From Orbicella franksi (lineage: Eukaryota), in NCBI GenBank assembly GCA_964199315.1, contig OZ116706.1:23746001-23810000 (forward strand): a DNA stretch of 64,000 nucleotides. Reading direction: 5' to 3'. The stretch's first letter is position 1; each line of letters starts with the position of its first letter. Below are positions 10,590-22,804 of this stretch, in pieces. The notes beneath the pieces were generated by a model. That model saw nothing but the letters and a program-made list of their open reading frames with translations, had not been told where the DNA came from and did not search any database. The position numbers and the translations under genes are program-made.

Positions 10590-13500
10590 GAGGCCCTGTT
10601 AGGGGTAAATTCCGACAAGCGACATGGCCCTGAAACGGCGACATGAGAGCTACGAACTGGCGACAAACGACAGACTACTTCAGCGAAATAGGGAAAGCGA
10701 CACCAATGTCAAAATAGACTGACAGCGAATTTCGGATTTGTGAATGCAGTGAATGTGTTAAACAATAACGTCAATAACATTTCAATAAAACCAATACAAC
10801 AAGTCATAAATACGTCTCATTTTACCGACTGAAATATATTAGCGTCATTAATGACATTAATTAACAAAAACTAAAAATTAATTAACCAACTAGGGCTCGT
10901 CACGGCAGGAGGATTGCATGACGAGTCCAAAGAGCATCTGGGTAGGAAGCTAGACCCACGTGCGCGCGTGCTCCATCTTTCTGTCATCTGTTGGAGATAT
11001 TTTACTGTCGCGTTCGTGTTACTGTCGTTACTTGCAAGCGATTTCGGATCATTTCTTCTATCTTCAAATACGTCACTATCAAGTATCACTGACTGGTCAC
11101 TGACGGTCACTGACGGCATCAACATGGGCAAACACAAAAAGGTCAAAAAGCACAAGAAGGAAAAAAAAAAAGCGCGAAAAGTCAGAAAGAAGAAAGAGAC
11201 CAGGTGAGCGTAAATCTTCAGATTAAAAGAACGATAACGTCAATGAAAATTAGAGGGACGTTACTAGCCTTCGGGCTTTCTGCTTTTATATGTCTTATAT
11301 CATTCCCAGTTATCTAAAACACGTGGCTATGAGTCAGCGCTAACCCATAAATTATAGAATAAATGGTTTCACAACACGGAAAACTCTGGATCTGTCATGA
11401 ATGGTCATGAACAGGGATCAGAAGTCATCAACTTATACTTTTGATCCAGGTAGAGCAAGTAACCCGTGCGGTAACTGTTAAGGGAGAGTCTTCCGTTCAT
11501 TAACATTTCGTCAGATTTTCAGAATTTTCCTTGGAACTTTTTTACCAAGGGAAAATTTGGTAAAAAGATTAAATAAACCGTTTCACGGTTTCTGACGTCA
11601 TCTTAGATGTTTTTGGGGGGTAGACACCGGAAAAAATTGAGAATCTAATCTCTAATGTTCAACAACTCCAGGAAAATTCGAGTTCTAAAGTATTTTAAGC
11701 TTATGAATTTTAAAAAAACGAAAGTTACTAGTTTTGATGGGACAGTTACGTTGCGATCAAAAAAAAAATTCGATTTGTCACAAAGCTTTGGAAATTGCGT
11801 AAGTATTGAGAAACAAAAGAGACACATGGCATTGAAGGAAGACTGTGGTTAGGTCTGGTTACAGATCTCCGACGCCTCTGATCGCCTCTGGGGTATCTGG
11901 TATTTGCGGTCACGCAATACTCCTTTGAGTAGTGCCTGAAAATAAATATCAGTCATAAATTGTCTTTCATTACTCTAGCAAACAATTACGACAGGAAAGA
12001 TAGAAAAAGAAAATGGAGCTGTGTAGACCACTCAGATGAGGAGCAATCAGGTGTCTGCGAAGTGAAGAAACGGAAGCAAGAGTCGAGGCCGAAATCAGTT
12101 CAGATGACTATGGCTCAGTTTGCCAACAAGAATTCCGTCAACGAAAGTACGTCCGCCACAGTGTCCACAGTAGATAGCTCGAAACTAACAGTCGACACTA
12201 CAATAGAGGGCTATAAATACGGCCACTCAAAGAAATCTGGCTGCAGTAATACCATTTTCGTGATGTCAGACTTTCACCGAGATTTGTGTACTCTGAAAAA
12301 AGATCTCAGAAAAGAATATGGATTGGCAACTGATGCCAGAAGGAACCAAATCGGCGATTTCAATATTGAAATTGGTGTCGCCTGTTCTGAGAAAACGCAC
12401 ATGGCCAACACGCAGACGGAGTGGGAAAATTTGAGGACCCGTTTTTACAGTAGTGCAGGACAATATTGTCTCATTGGTGAGTAACAATGCTGTGTAAATT
12501 ATTAATAAGGTGGTCACCGGTCAAAAAAAGATGTTTAAGTAGACAATGTCTCATTGTCGTTAACATACCCCAGGGTAATACGAGTTCTCCTCACCAATAA
12601 GTTTTTCATCGGTAACCTGGTAGAGAAGACCAACTCAATTACTGCCTTTGCCATTTTCACCAAATATCTACTTTAGATTCCTTAAAATAATCTTGGCGAA
12701 AGGGTAAAGGTTAAGCAATTTTCTGAAAGAGGTCAACCCAGAGTTCGACAGCTTTCTCAAACAGTCGCCACCTTGACATTTGTTGAGGAAAACTTTTTCA
12801 GCCAAATGCCTTCTAGAAACGACATGCCGACTGCCTTCGAGTTTGCATATCTATTTGCGCCCACCATTCGTGAGTCATTGAAGCAACTCACTGACAGTGG
12901 CTTCGTCTACTACACTTCCCCACATTCTTATTATGAAGTACCAGATGAGATGAAACTCCCATTTCGAGACCTGCCATCCTTGACTGTTCCATCATCAGTA
13001 GAAATGGCAAAAGATGATCAGAAGTTAATGAGAGACTGGAGGGACAGCTTTGGTAAACCAGTTCGTCAACTAACCGTTCGGAACCAGAGTACCAAAGACA
13101 ATGTCGGCACTCTTCCATTGTTTGCATACTCAACACCAGATCCTGAACCAAGGCCTTTAGATTTCTCTGCTACTGATGACCTCGCCGCATCTGTTGCTTC
13201 TAGGAACACAGAGACGCAGCATGAGCCTCATACTGTAGCAAACATTTTATTCGAAGCCAATAGAGTGTTGATAGTGAAACGTGATCACATTTGTGGAACT
13301 TTCAAAAAAAGGGCCCTTCCTTGTTGGAACTGTTGAAGCTGACATAAGCGACGAGGAACAAACTAACTTTTGTGATGTTTAGTTATTTGTTCCCTCATTT
13401 GAAGATTGTCTTCTTTTTACATTGGACCGAAAAGCACTAATTCACCGAGATGTTATAGCAGGCAAAGTGGACGCAGGACATTTTCAAAGAGGAGACAACT

Positions 13501-14255
13501 TTATCAAACTGACAGAGATGTCGTACGAGACATTTCTTAGACATCAAAATGAAATGAAAGATTATCTGCAAGACATTGGAAGTTGCGAGAGCAGATGTGG
13601 TCTTTGGCAGAATGTCCTTGTGTATATCATCTGGGAGGAGTGTCATTCGCCCAGACCGTTTGGACCTCTGACTAGAGCTTTTCAAATAATAGCGTAGACG
13701 GCCCCAAAATATACACAATTATTACTCCATTGCTGTTGTGTCTTCAGTGACTTCAGTTGATGTTTTAATATTCTCTACACTACTATCATGTCAAATTTGA
13801 TACAAGGCATTCACTTTCAACTGGTAGTGTCACATCGATTCGTTATTTATTGGGGTCATTACTAGTCTAGCCATGGATCGAAGTTGAATAAACTGCACCT
13901 ACAAAAACCGAAAGTCACTCTGGTCTCGGTTTTCAAATTATCTTATCATTATTATTTTTTTGTTTGGCAAAATATGGCTAGAACAGACGACTTCTTCAGT
14001 CGAACTTTGATTGATTTTTGTTCTCCTGATGTTTGTCTTCGTATTGTCAGTTTTTTTAATAGACAAAGGTATTATGATGTCTTATGCACGTGTATAATTT
14101 CGTTTCAATTGAACAAGGTCGAATTCCCTGACACAATTCCTCTAAGACGAAATTCCGACAGGCGACATAAGAACCTTGCGAAATGCCGACATAGCCCCTT
14201 GTGAAATTCAGACAGGGGACATGGGCACCCTCCCCCCCCCCCCTAACAGGGCCTC
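10590..14255. mobile_element. 3.7-kb decayed TIR DNA transposon, GAG...CTC termini, flanked by ATAATA
   Basis: Perfect 16-bp TIR GAGGCCCTGTTAGGGG (10590-10605) / CCCCTAACAGGGCCTC (14240-14255). ATAATA at 10584-10589 and 14256-14261. CGACA-rich subtermini. Broken ORFs 11960-12484, 12773-13336, 13422-13697 inside. Confidence 0.75.
11124..13697 (+). pseudogene. Fragmented, probably spliced gene inside the 10590-14255 element (putative transposase relic)
   Basis: Lys-rich exon ATG 11124 to donor GTGAGC after 11203. Acceptor CTCTAG at 11978, donor GTGAGT after 12476. Downstream ORF has VEENFFSQMPSRNDMP, reminiscent of the ENFFS..R...N..P motif of P-element/THAP9-like transposases. Frameshifts and stops present. 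Confidence 0.4.
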
Positions 14256-16319
14256 ATAATACGACCATCGTTGAGCCATAAAATTAAAGAGATCCTTAAA
14301 ATATGAAGAAAATAACGGAAAGCGATGGCTGAACGAGCGATTTTTCTGACCAAAAAAGCGGCCGTTGGTGATAAAGCGAGGTTCCACTGTTAGGAAACAT
14401 GTTGTAAGGACACGTGGCAGTGACAGTTTTCCTCGTGTAACACGCCCATTTTTGCGAAAAAAGTTCTGTTCTGGGAACAACTGTCACCGGCACAAAATGA
14501 ATGAAATTCAGGTGGTTTGAATTCGCGGGTCATGAAGCAGGAACAAAATGACCTCAAAGTTCAATGTCGCACCGTCTACACTACTCCTGTAAACTGTTCT
14601 CGCTACAACACATTGTTACGAGAAAGTTCACTGTAGCTCAGTTATTTCTTTGTTAATCGGAAAATTCTAGAAGAGCCAACAGTAGTATTTTGCCTTACAA
14701 CGTAGTCCAAGTTTCTTACCCACACTTAGGTTTCATTTAAATTAAACTTTGTACTTTTCGAATTCTCTTATAGCTGCGCTTCTTTAATTTCCTTTGTATT
14801 CATTTGAGATTGAACATTGCACCTTTGTATAAGCTGCTCTTCTTAATTTCTTTGTTCGATGTTCGCTTATACTGCCACCTTTACGCCTGTTCTAAACAGT
14901 GCTCTTTTACTGAACAGTGCTCTCCAGAGTTAGATTTCCCTCGTTTTTTAGAGCGTTCTTCGCTCAGTTCAGTTCCCGTGCTCGTTCGGCCGCAAATGTA
15001 CATTCCCAGCGGAAAAATGTATCGTCACAACATTTTTATGCCACTGTGCTTAGCTTCCTGTGCACCAGCTTGCGCACTGTAACATGCCGCGTCCTTCCTG
15101 TACACGCGAAGGGGCATGTCTCTGCTTCACGTTCCCGACACATGTCCCTTAGTGGGTGGTGTGTGCCAACCTTTAAATATCCGTTCACAAATCAGTTCGT
15201 TTCTGACCGGAGTTGAACGGGAGAAAACTACGCAACATTGCTCACAACTTTATCTAAAAAACCTTTGATTTCAATTCACCTATCAAGAAAATTCTTTGTG
15301 AAACCACTGAGCCCTCACCAGTAACTATACCTAACGCACTGTCGCTTTAATTTGGGACGACGTTTTTTTTTTTTTAAATAATAACCGTTGTAACGATAGA
15401 TCGTATCACTAGGTTAGAGATCATAGTAACGCAAGTGTGTCACGTGATTTTGTAATCGATATAACACCTTTTTAGATAGAACAAGGCGTTGTCTCAAGTG
15501 TATTCTAGGGAACACTCGATTCCATTAAAGCACTTTAAACAGTTTTCTATGATCTGTTCGATATCGAAACAACCGTGTCTTCGGTCGAAGTATTTCAAGA
15601 CAGCAGTGTGCTCCAAATTACTGTCTACGCTGTTACTTCATTTACACTGCGGTGCGTAGATATGAATTTTCTTTTCGAAAGGGGTAAAAATACTGTTTTT
15701 AGCACGAGAAAATAAAACTCATATCTTCAAGCCACCGCGTGATTTTCTTTTTATTATATAGACTGATTGTTTGCACTAACAATCGTGGAAAAGTGAGAAA
15801 TGACGTCATCAATATCCTCACAAGTGATCACGAGGATATGGAAAATACGCCACTCGGATCCCGGATGTAGTGTTGTATGAATTTTACGAGAGATGTATTT
15901 TCCAGTAAAACAATCGTGTCTATAGAGTAAAAAAATAAATATGCGTTTGTGACGGGACATTTTCTCTAAACCCACAAATTTGCAAGTTGACTGCGTCGAC
16001 CCGCCATTGACTTCAGGGATAGTCTCAATGACATGCTGGGTTCATGAACGGTGGTCTATATAGGCTGTGCGACCCAAGTATAACTTTAAAAAACCGCTTT
16101 CACAGGCCTTTGTGTACTGAGGTACAGTTCAACCCCTATTAAACGGCCAGCCTCGGGGAATAAAGGGGAGTGGCCGTTTAATTGAGGTAAAAACAATAGA
16201 AAAGCTCTCACAGCCGTTTGATAGGTGGCCACTTTGACTGTAATTTGTGTTTTTAGCCCAAAGCTACACCATTGTATGTAAATATAGTCAACCGACCTTT
16301 ATTTCAGTTTATCTATCGA

Positions 16320-16508
16320 CAGTCGAACCCCTATTAAGCGGCCGCCTATTAAACGGCCACCCCTATTAGCCGGTCAGTAATCAGGAATCAGGTCAGTAAG
16401 TCCCGATGAGGGCTTTTCTATTGTTTTTATCTCCATTAAGCGGCCAGTCCTCTTTAAGCGGCCACTATCCATTTCCTTGAGGGTGGCCGTTTAATAGGCG
16501 TTGAACTG
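16320..16508. mobile_element. CAGT-terminated Tc1/mariner(pogo)-type MITE; related fragments at ~16124-16250 and ~7900-8090
   Basis: CAGTCGAACCCCTATTAAGCGGCC...GGCCGTTTAATAGGCGTTGAACTG followed by TA; repeated GGCC..TTAA motifs. Confidence 0.55.
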
Positions 16509-19500
16509 TATTTGATACCTAAATGGGCTGCTTGGCTCCACTAGCTCGGTAGCTGCTATGGTTATTCCAGACAGCCAGTATTTTATTAAATTTTACTTTT
16601 CTCTCTCTCTCTTAAAATGGACGATTTTGTAAGAATAGGTACACTGTAACATTTCGTTTTGGTGGGCTATACTGGTAGTAAAAGAGAGGAGAGAGAGGGT
16701 GAATCAAACGCTGTTCATGGTGCTTCCAGTTGAACAGGTAAATCGCTCTTATGCGCATGTGTGAGTAAGAATTCCCCGGAGTCACCTGCCCCGTTTTTCT
16801 TGACACTAGAAAAAGTTGGCTCTGGAGACATGATTTGATTGGCTAGCCCTTTTAATTGCACTGTACCAAAGCGCAAATAGAAGATCCGAGCCTTCTGATT
16901 GGTTCTCTCTTGGTCGGGATTTTGTCATTCGGACAGTTTCATGGAACGTTCATAAGCCGTGTATATTCTGGTTTGTACCATATAATAAACAACTTACTAA
17001 CCTAGCTTGCTCGGGCCGCACTGGCAAATATTGACCCTCGGTCGTTTTTTGGGGGAACAAGCGCAGCTAGATCCGTACTTCGGGCTAATATTTTCCAGTA
17101 CGGCCCTCGCACTCGGTTAGTAAGTGGTTAGTATTATAGCCTCGAGTACGCAACCGTGACGCCATAGAATCCAAGAGTATTCAAGGGCATGTTATACGTG
17201 ATCTACATTTCTCAAACTCATTAATAATTCATTAAGTTTAAACAAAGGAAATCCTGACCGTGACGGTGTTTGGATATCTGATCTTAATTAGCATAGATTT
17301 GAACGACTTTATTTCTCCGTTTTCTCCTTAGTTTTAATTTCGATTGAGAAGATATATCAAACACTCAAGACAGTGTCTGACCACATTTCCAAACACCTCG
17401 AAGTTCGTCAAAAATACTCCGCTGCGCGTCGTATTTTCAACTCTCTTCTCGGTGTTTGGAAATGTGGTCAAACACGGTCTTTCGTGTTTGATATATTACG
17501 TAAAATATTCAAAAGTATTCAGCATGTATTTAAGTCTGTATAGGGGCCAAGCAGCCCATCAGGCTGGAGCTTACCTCCGGTTTCAGTAGCAAGAAGGGAC
17601 TACAAGTATTTCTATTCCCCCCCCCCCCCCACCCCCAGATGGGTTGCTAGTCCTTGAAGTATTGAAGTTGAAGATGAAAAAAAAAAAAGAAAAAAAAGGT
17701 CGATTCTAATAGGACATTCCAGAGGTATTTCGAGTCTGGCATCCTTGAATAATTCAGCATATTTCGGTATGCCCGGCGTGCGCTCATCGACCCACGTAAA
17801 TACTTCCTTGCTTCCTTGCCTAAAATACTTCCTTGTTTATCTCTATCAAAACCGTTCAATCGCATCTACAGACCTTCGGGAAGTGTTAAACTGGTTTACA
17901 AGGGGAATTTTTTGTTAAGTCATTAATAGCAAAACATGGAGGTCACTTCCTCCCAGAATTTTACTTCTGTTTTACATCTGTTAATAGGGAGTTTATCTTG
18001 AAACTGATTATGGAACACAGCGTAAAATTCGAAAACAATCATAAATTTTAAAAGTTATCCGACGAGGTTCACGTTCCCTACACAACGCAGAATTTGGTCA
18101 TTTCACGTTATGGTTTTACAGAGGACGGCAAAGAAATGTACCAAGAATTATAACGCATGTGCACAGCCATTGTACTACTCATTAAACCTTTTGTTTAGCG
18201 ACGTTCCCGTTGCCAGTGAAGTTGTGGTTTTCTTAAAACCCTCAATGCTACCTAAGCACGGCGAGGATTATGCGTGAATGGATATTTACATCTGTTAAAG
18301 TTTGTAGGTGATCCAATCGAACGGTTTCTAGTTAGAGGTTATTTCGGGAAGGACGCCATTGTTGAATTAAAGAAAAAATCTAACCGATCAAGTCACGTGT
18401 TTCCAAAGCCACCTTTCCCTCGTGCCAAGGCCCCGCCGCTGAGAGGTACAGGCGACACTGGTGACGAGAATTTCCCTGCTAAAAAGAAGAAGAGATAATT
18501 CCTGGTTCCGAGGTTGGACCTGCTCCTGGTCTGTATTCTGAATTTTGCTCACGTTCTTCAACATACAGTCTGCTTTTTACCATACATTGACGAATGTTAA
18601 ATTTATTTCAATTATTCCATGAAAAGTAAACTCAGCCTGTTTTTTCTTCATGGGAATAATACGTCAAAACGAATTCGACAAAACCCAGAGTAAAAATGTT
18701 ACGATTCACATTTGCTACTGAAAAACACTGCCTTCTTTAACCATTTACTATCGAAATGCAGAAACATATCATAGTTTGCCGCGCACCTCTATAGATCCAT
18801 ATAAGTACAATAATTTGAAAAGTATAACAAGTAACTAAATACTAACAACCAAATTTGCACAACAATTTGCAGATTACATCTGTAAACACACACGCACACT
18901 GAGAGTGCTAAAACAAATAACGAGGTCTGGAATCTTTTTTTCGTCTATCTTAAGCTTGTTTTTCAAAAATTCAAGATAAGGAGTGAAAAAAGGATCTTGT
19001 TTCTTGGCGGCAATATAGATGTATTGTTTGGCCACAAGACAACAGTAGTTAACGCCTAGAAAAGAATGTATTTGCGTATTGTACCTTGGAACTTCTGCAG
19101 TGTCGTGATTTTGTTCACGAGAAAAACAGTTGTGGTCCACGCTTTACACCTGCATGATTCCACATAAAGCAGTATCTTATTTACTAAATTTAGTATGGTA
19201 CAAAATATTGTTAATTTAAGAACTCCCACGATTCAAATATCTCGAAGAAATTTCAGTTCAGGGAAACGTGACTTGGGCTAACTTAAGTTCTTTGTCTCTA
19301 AAAGGACTGACCGTGGAAAAATTTATACGATAGTGGGTTGCTAATTGAATCCTGCAGAAACGAAAACGCAAATTTAATATCTGCTAAACAAGATGTCAGG
19401 TTAAAACCATGACACCATTTAAGGGAATTGCGTTTTCCATTTCACTGATATCATATTTACACCGCAGAAACCTGGAAATAGCCGTCGTGTAGTTGTTGTT

Positions 19501-21406
19501 GTAGGGTTTCCTTTTAACTCTGTCCCTGGGTTACAATTGATGACGTTTATGATCAATGTAACAGATCTGCTCTCTTTTAGTCCAAGGCTATGAAATAATA
19601 CAACTTTAGACCATACTAAAGATATAAAAACGTTACTGTCTTTGTGTTTACTTGCTCTCACGATTTCGCAACTCCATTTGCCTTCACTGAAAAACTGACA
19701 AAGCTTGCTACTAACGTAATTTTGAATTAAAAGTATTTGGACAATTTTATTTGATATTTGCACTAGGCGTAGTTGGCCTATATATTATACACGTCTGTGT
19801 GACGCGGCGAGGCGCGGTGTCTGTTCCAAATTGTGTCTCACGGGCTTGGTTACGAACACAGCTACGCCAAAACAAACCATAAACAGTGTGCACTCAAATA
19901 CTGTCAAATACTTTACAGAGAAATCGAAAACCGATTTGAACAAATGTCACAGATGCACTGGCATCTTCCCTGCGGCTCTAACCGAGAAATAGTGAATTGC
20001 ATATAACTTTTGGCAATGAAAAATTACCGACTAAATTTTTGTGGCCTTTCATGTGTAAAATAACTTTCCTACACCACCCACCAACGGATGTATTACGTCC
20101 AAAATGACTCACTCTCCCTCCCAGCGGAAGGAAGGACATGCGTAAAAGAATCTAAACAAAGAAATGAAAATTGCGAAAATTTTCTCGTTACTTGGAATCA
20201 AGAAACAATTTTCGGCCAGTGCAACATGCTACATTTTGCCCTCGAAACAAGGAAAGGCTTACAAGTTGTAGAATAACGATGTTTTTCTTTAAGAAAATAA
20301 GACTGTTTTTAAGCGATATGCAGCATTCTACATTAAGTATATTATCTCTCATCATAACAAATAGTATTTTAGTTCAATGTTGTAGATTGGGGGTAACGAG
20401 GATTCACTTAAATCGCCGAATAAAATATCTGAACTGACATCACCATAGTATTGGGCACGCTCTGATAAGTTTTTTCAATACTGCTTTTGTTGTTTTTTTT
20501 TTTAATGTTTCCACGCACAGGAAAGCAAACGAGTTATTAAAGCATGCTTTGCACTAATCCTTGTGTCTGTTCCTGTAATTTCAAGACTGTTAAGCTGTCT
20601 GAAACGCTAGGACAATTAAAAACCAGCAAACTAAAGGAGAGCGAACGTTACGAAGCTGACAGAGATTTGCTGTTATGCAGTGCAAATAAACTACACAATA
20701 CTAAGTGGAAGCTTCATGTCGCCCGCTGTATGTTAATTTGCGCTGTGCTTGAACTGAACGCTTTGCCATCAGTTTGTCTTTCTGGGAAGTCAAATTGCGA
20801 AAAAGCGCTTAAACATCCTTGTTTTCAACCCGTTTTGTCTCTTCATCACGCCTTCTTCCTTTGTTGCTAATCACTTTGAGAATAATGTCATTCCAGCAGC
20901 CAAAGTGTCGCAATTATGTCAGCCTAACAGTTCTGTATTACACAAGACTAATAAGTCAACACTTTCAGAGTTTAACGACCAACTGAGTCTTGCAAGATTA
21001 CATCTCATTTCCGCTTAATTAAGATAACTTCTAAACGACAGTACTGTGAAGTGCTCTTTGTTGTAAAGCTCTCCATCCAGCCGCAAAATGACCGCTGTCT
21101 CGCAAATCAGCATGTAAAAATATTTTAGCCAACATCTTAACGGTGTGTGAGCACGATTTCATCGCTTTAGTGAGCACAGTAATCGATCCAGCTTTATCAA
21201 GCACCATAATCGGAAAGAACACTTTTTATTTATGGTTGTTGAGTTTGCCAAAACTAAACAAATATTGGTTTTTTTTCCGGAACACTTATCGCATATTTTT
21301 AGCAGGTTATTTCGGAGTAAGTGTACGGAATATATAAATTCCTGCGTGGCATCAGCAGTAGCAGACTGCACTGTGGCTTATGTCGGGCGTGCACGTGAAC
21401 AATATA

Positions 21407-21423
21407 GGGGGCGGCTATAAAAT
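21407..21423 (+). promoter_or_regulatory. Candidate core promoter (GC box plus TATA) of the TGF-beta ligand gene
   Basis: GGGGGCGG immediately followed by CTATAAAA, ~130 bp upstream of ATG 21554. TSS not known. Confidence 0.45.
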
Positions 21424-21553
21424 CACAAATGAACCACTTGGATACTTCAGTAATCAGTGCTACATTCAGCAACCACACCGGCGGCCCAACGATTAACCCT
21501 GTCGAATGACAAGCAGAGTGAACTAGTGCCAAGGATTCCCGCAGAGATCTCCA

Positions 21554-22804
21554 ATGAATTCGTTCAACTTCATTTTACTTTTAGTGTGCTTCACACCAGC
21601 ATCTCTTCAAAACGGAGCCGAGCTTACCCATTTGCAAAACGATTTATTGAACTTGTTAGAAATTAAAGAAAAGCCGAGCGTGTCAAGAAGCAGGTCTCAA
21701 GTGCCTAAATATGTCATGGACCTCTACAAGGAGCAAGCTCATCCGAGTAGTTATTCAAAGTTTCGCAAGTCAGCTCCTGGTAAAACGATAAGAACTTTCT
21801 TTCGAGGTATGTTATCATTCCTACCACAAGATGCACGCGCAAATGAAGCGTAATTGCGTAAATTATTATTGCACTACATAAATATTATGATAATTTGTCA
21901 ACGTCGCCTTTCATTTCTCACTGCAGATCCGAAAGTCGGCCGTGCAGACGAGCGACATTTCTACTTCAACTTATCCTCGCTTCAACCGGACGAACTAATA
22001 AAGAAAGCGGAGCTCAGGGTATTTAAAAGACGTTCTAAGCTGGACAACACACACGGCCATTTCAAGGTGACAGTGTATCGTTTGAACCGTCGACCTGTTG
22101 AAGGAAGCAACAGTTGGAAGCGAAAGCTAACTACAGTCGATACCAGATTTGTCAAATGTCGTCGAGTTGGCGCCTGGATCGTTTTAAATGTTACCTCCGC
22201 GGTAACGTTTTGGAGTTCTTGGCCCTCGCGAAACTTCGGCCTGTGGATCACTGTGGTCGGGTTTGGAATTCCGACTTCGGATTTCGACATTGCAAGTGGC
22301 GGTAGAAAAGAACCTATCTTGGTTATTTACGGTGATACCAAGGAGAAAAAGCAAGGCAAATCACTGAAATCTGTCAATGAGATTCCAAACGAAACACGGG
22401 ACATCGGCGACCAACACACAAAACGAAAGGGAACAAACAAGGACGATAGTCCCTTTTCAAATACAAGAAGCCGAAGATCAGTAGATGATGACAAGTGTGC
22501 AAGACGCAAACTGTTTGTGAAGTTTCGTGACTTAAGTTGGGACAAATGGATTATAGCGCCTCGAGGATTCAGCGCTTTTTACTGCATGGGTAGATGTCCA
22601 GAAATCATTGACAAGGTCTACAATCCATCGAACCACGCCATCATACAAAGCCTGCTTCATCACCGCCATAATAAAGACATCCCAGCCGCTTGCTGCGTAC
22701 CAACGAGTTTACACTCTATGAGCTTGATGTACTTTGAATTAGATGGCAGCATTGTACTCAAAGAATACTCCGGCATGGTGGCGTCAACGTGTGGATGCCG
22801 TTAA
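21554..22804 (+). CDS. TGF-beta superfamily ligand, BMP/GDF (DVR) type, 376 aa, 2 exons
   Basis: Exons 21554-21806 and 21927-22804 (phase-1 GT-AG intron). Signal peptide MNSFNFILLLVCFTPASL, prodomain motifs VPKYVMDLY and FYFNLSSL...KAELRVF, furin site RSRR, 7-Cys cystine knot CARR...YCMGRCP...ACCVP...TCGCR. AATAAA at 22941. Confidence 0.95.

Noticed and set aside
21854-21926. N-terminal MRKLLLHY... of the 316-aa ORF as a start
   Set aside because: Intronic. The signal peptide and prodomain start are in the upstream exon 21554-21806.
21554-22804. Assigning the symbol BMP2/4 (dpp)
   Set aside because: The mature domain departs from the conserved BMP2/4 pattern. Orthology needs a phylogeny.
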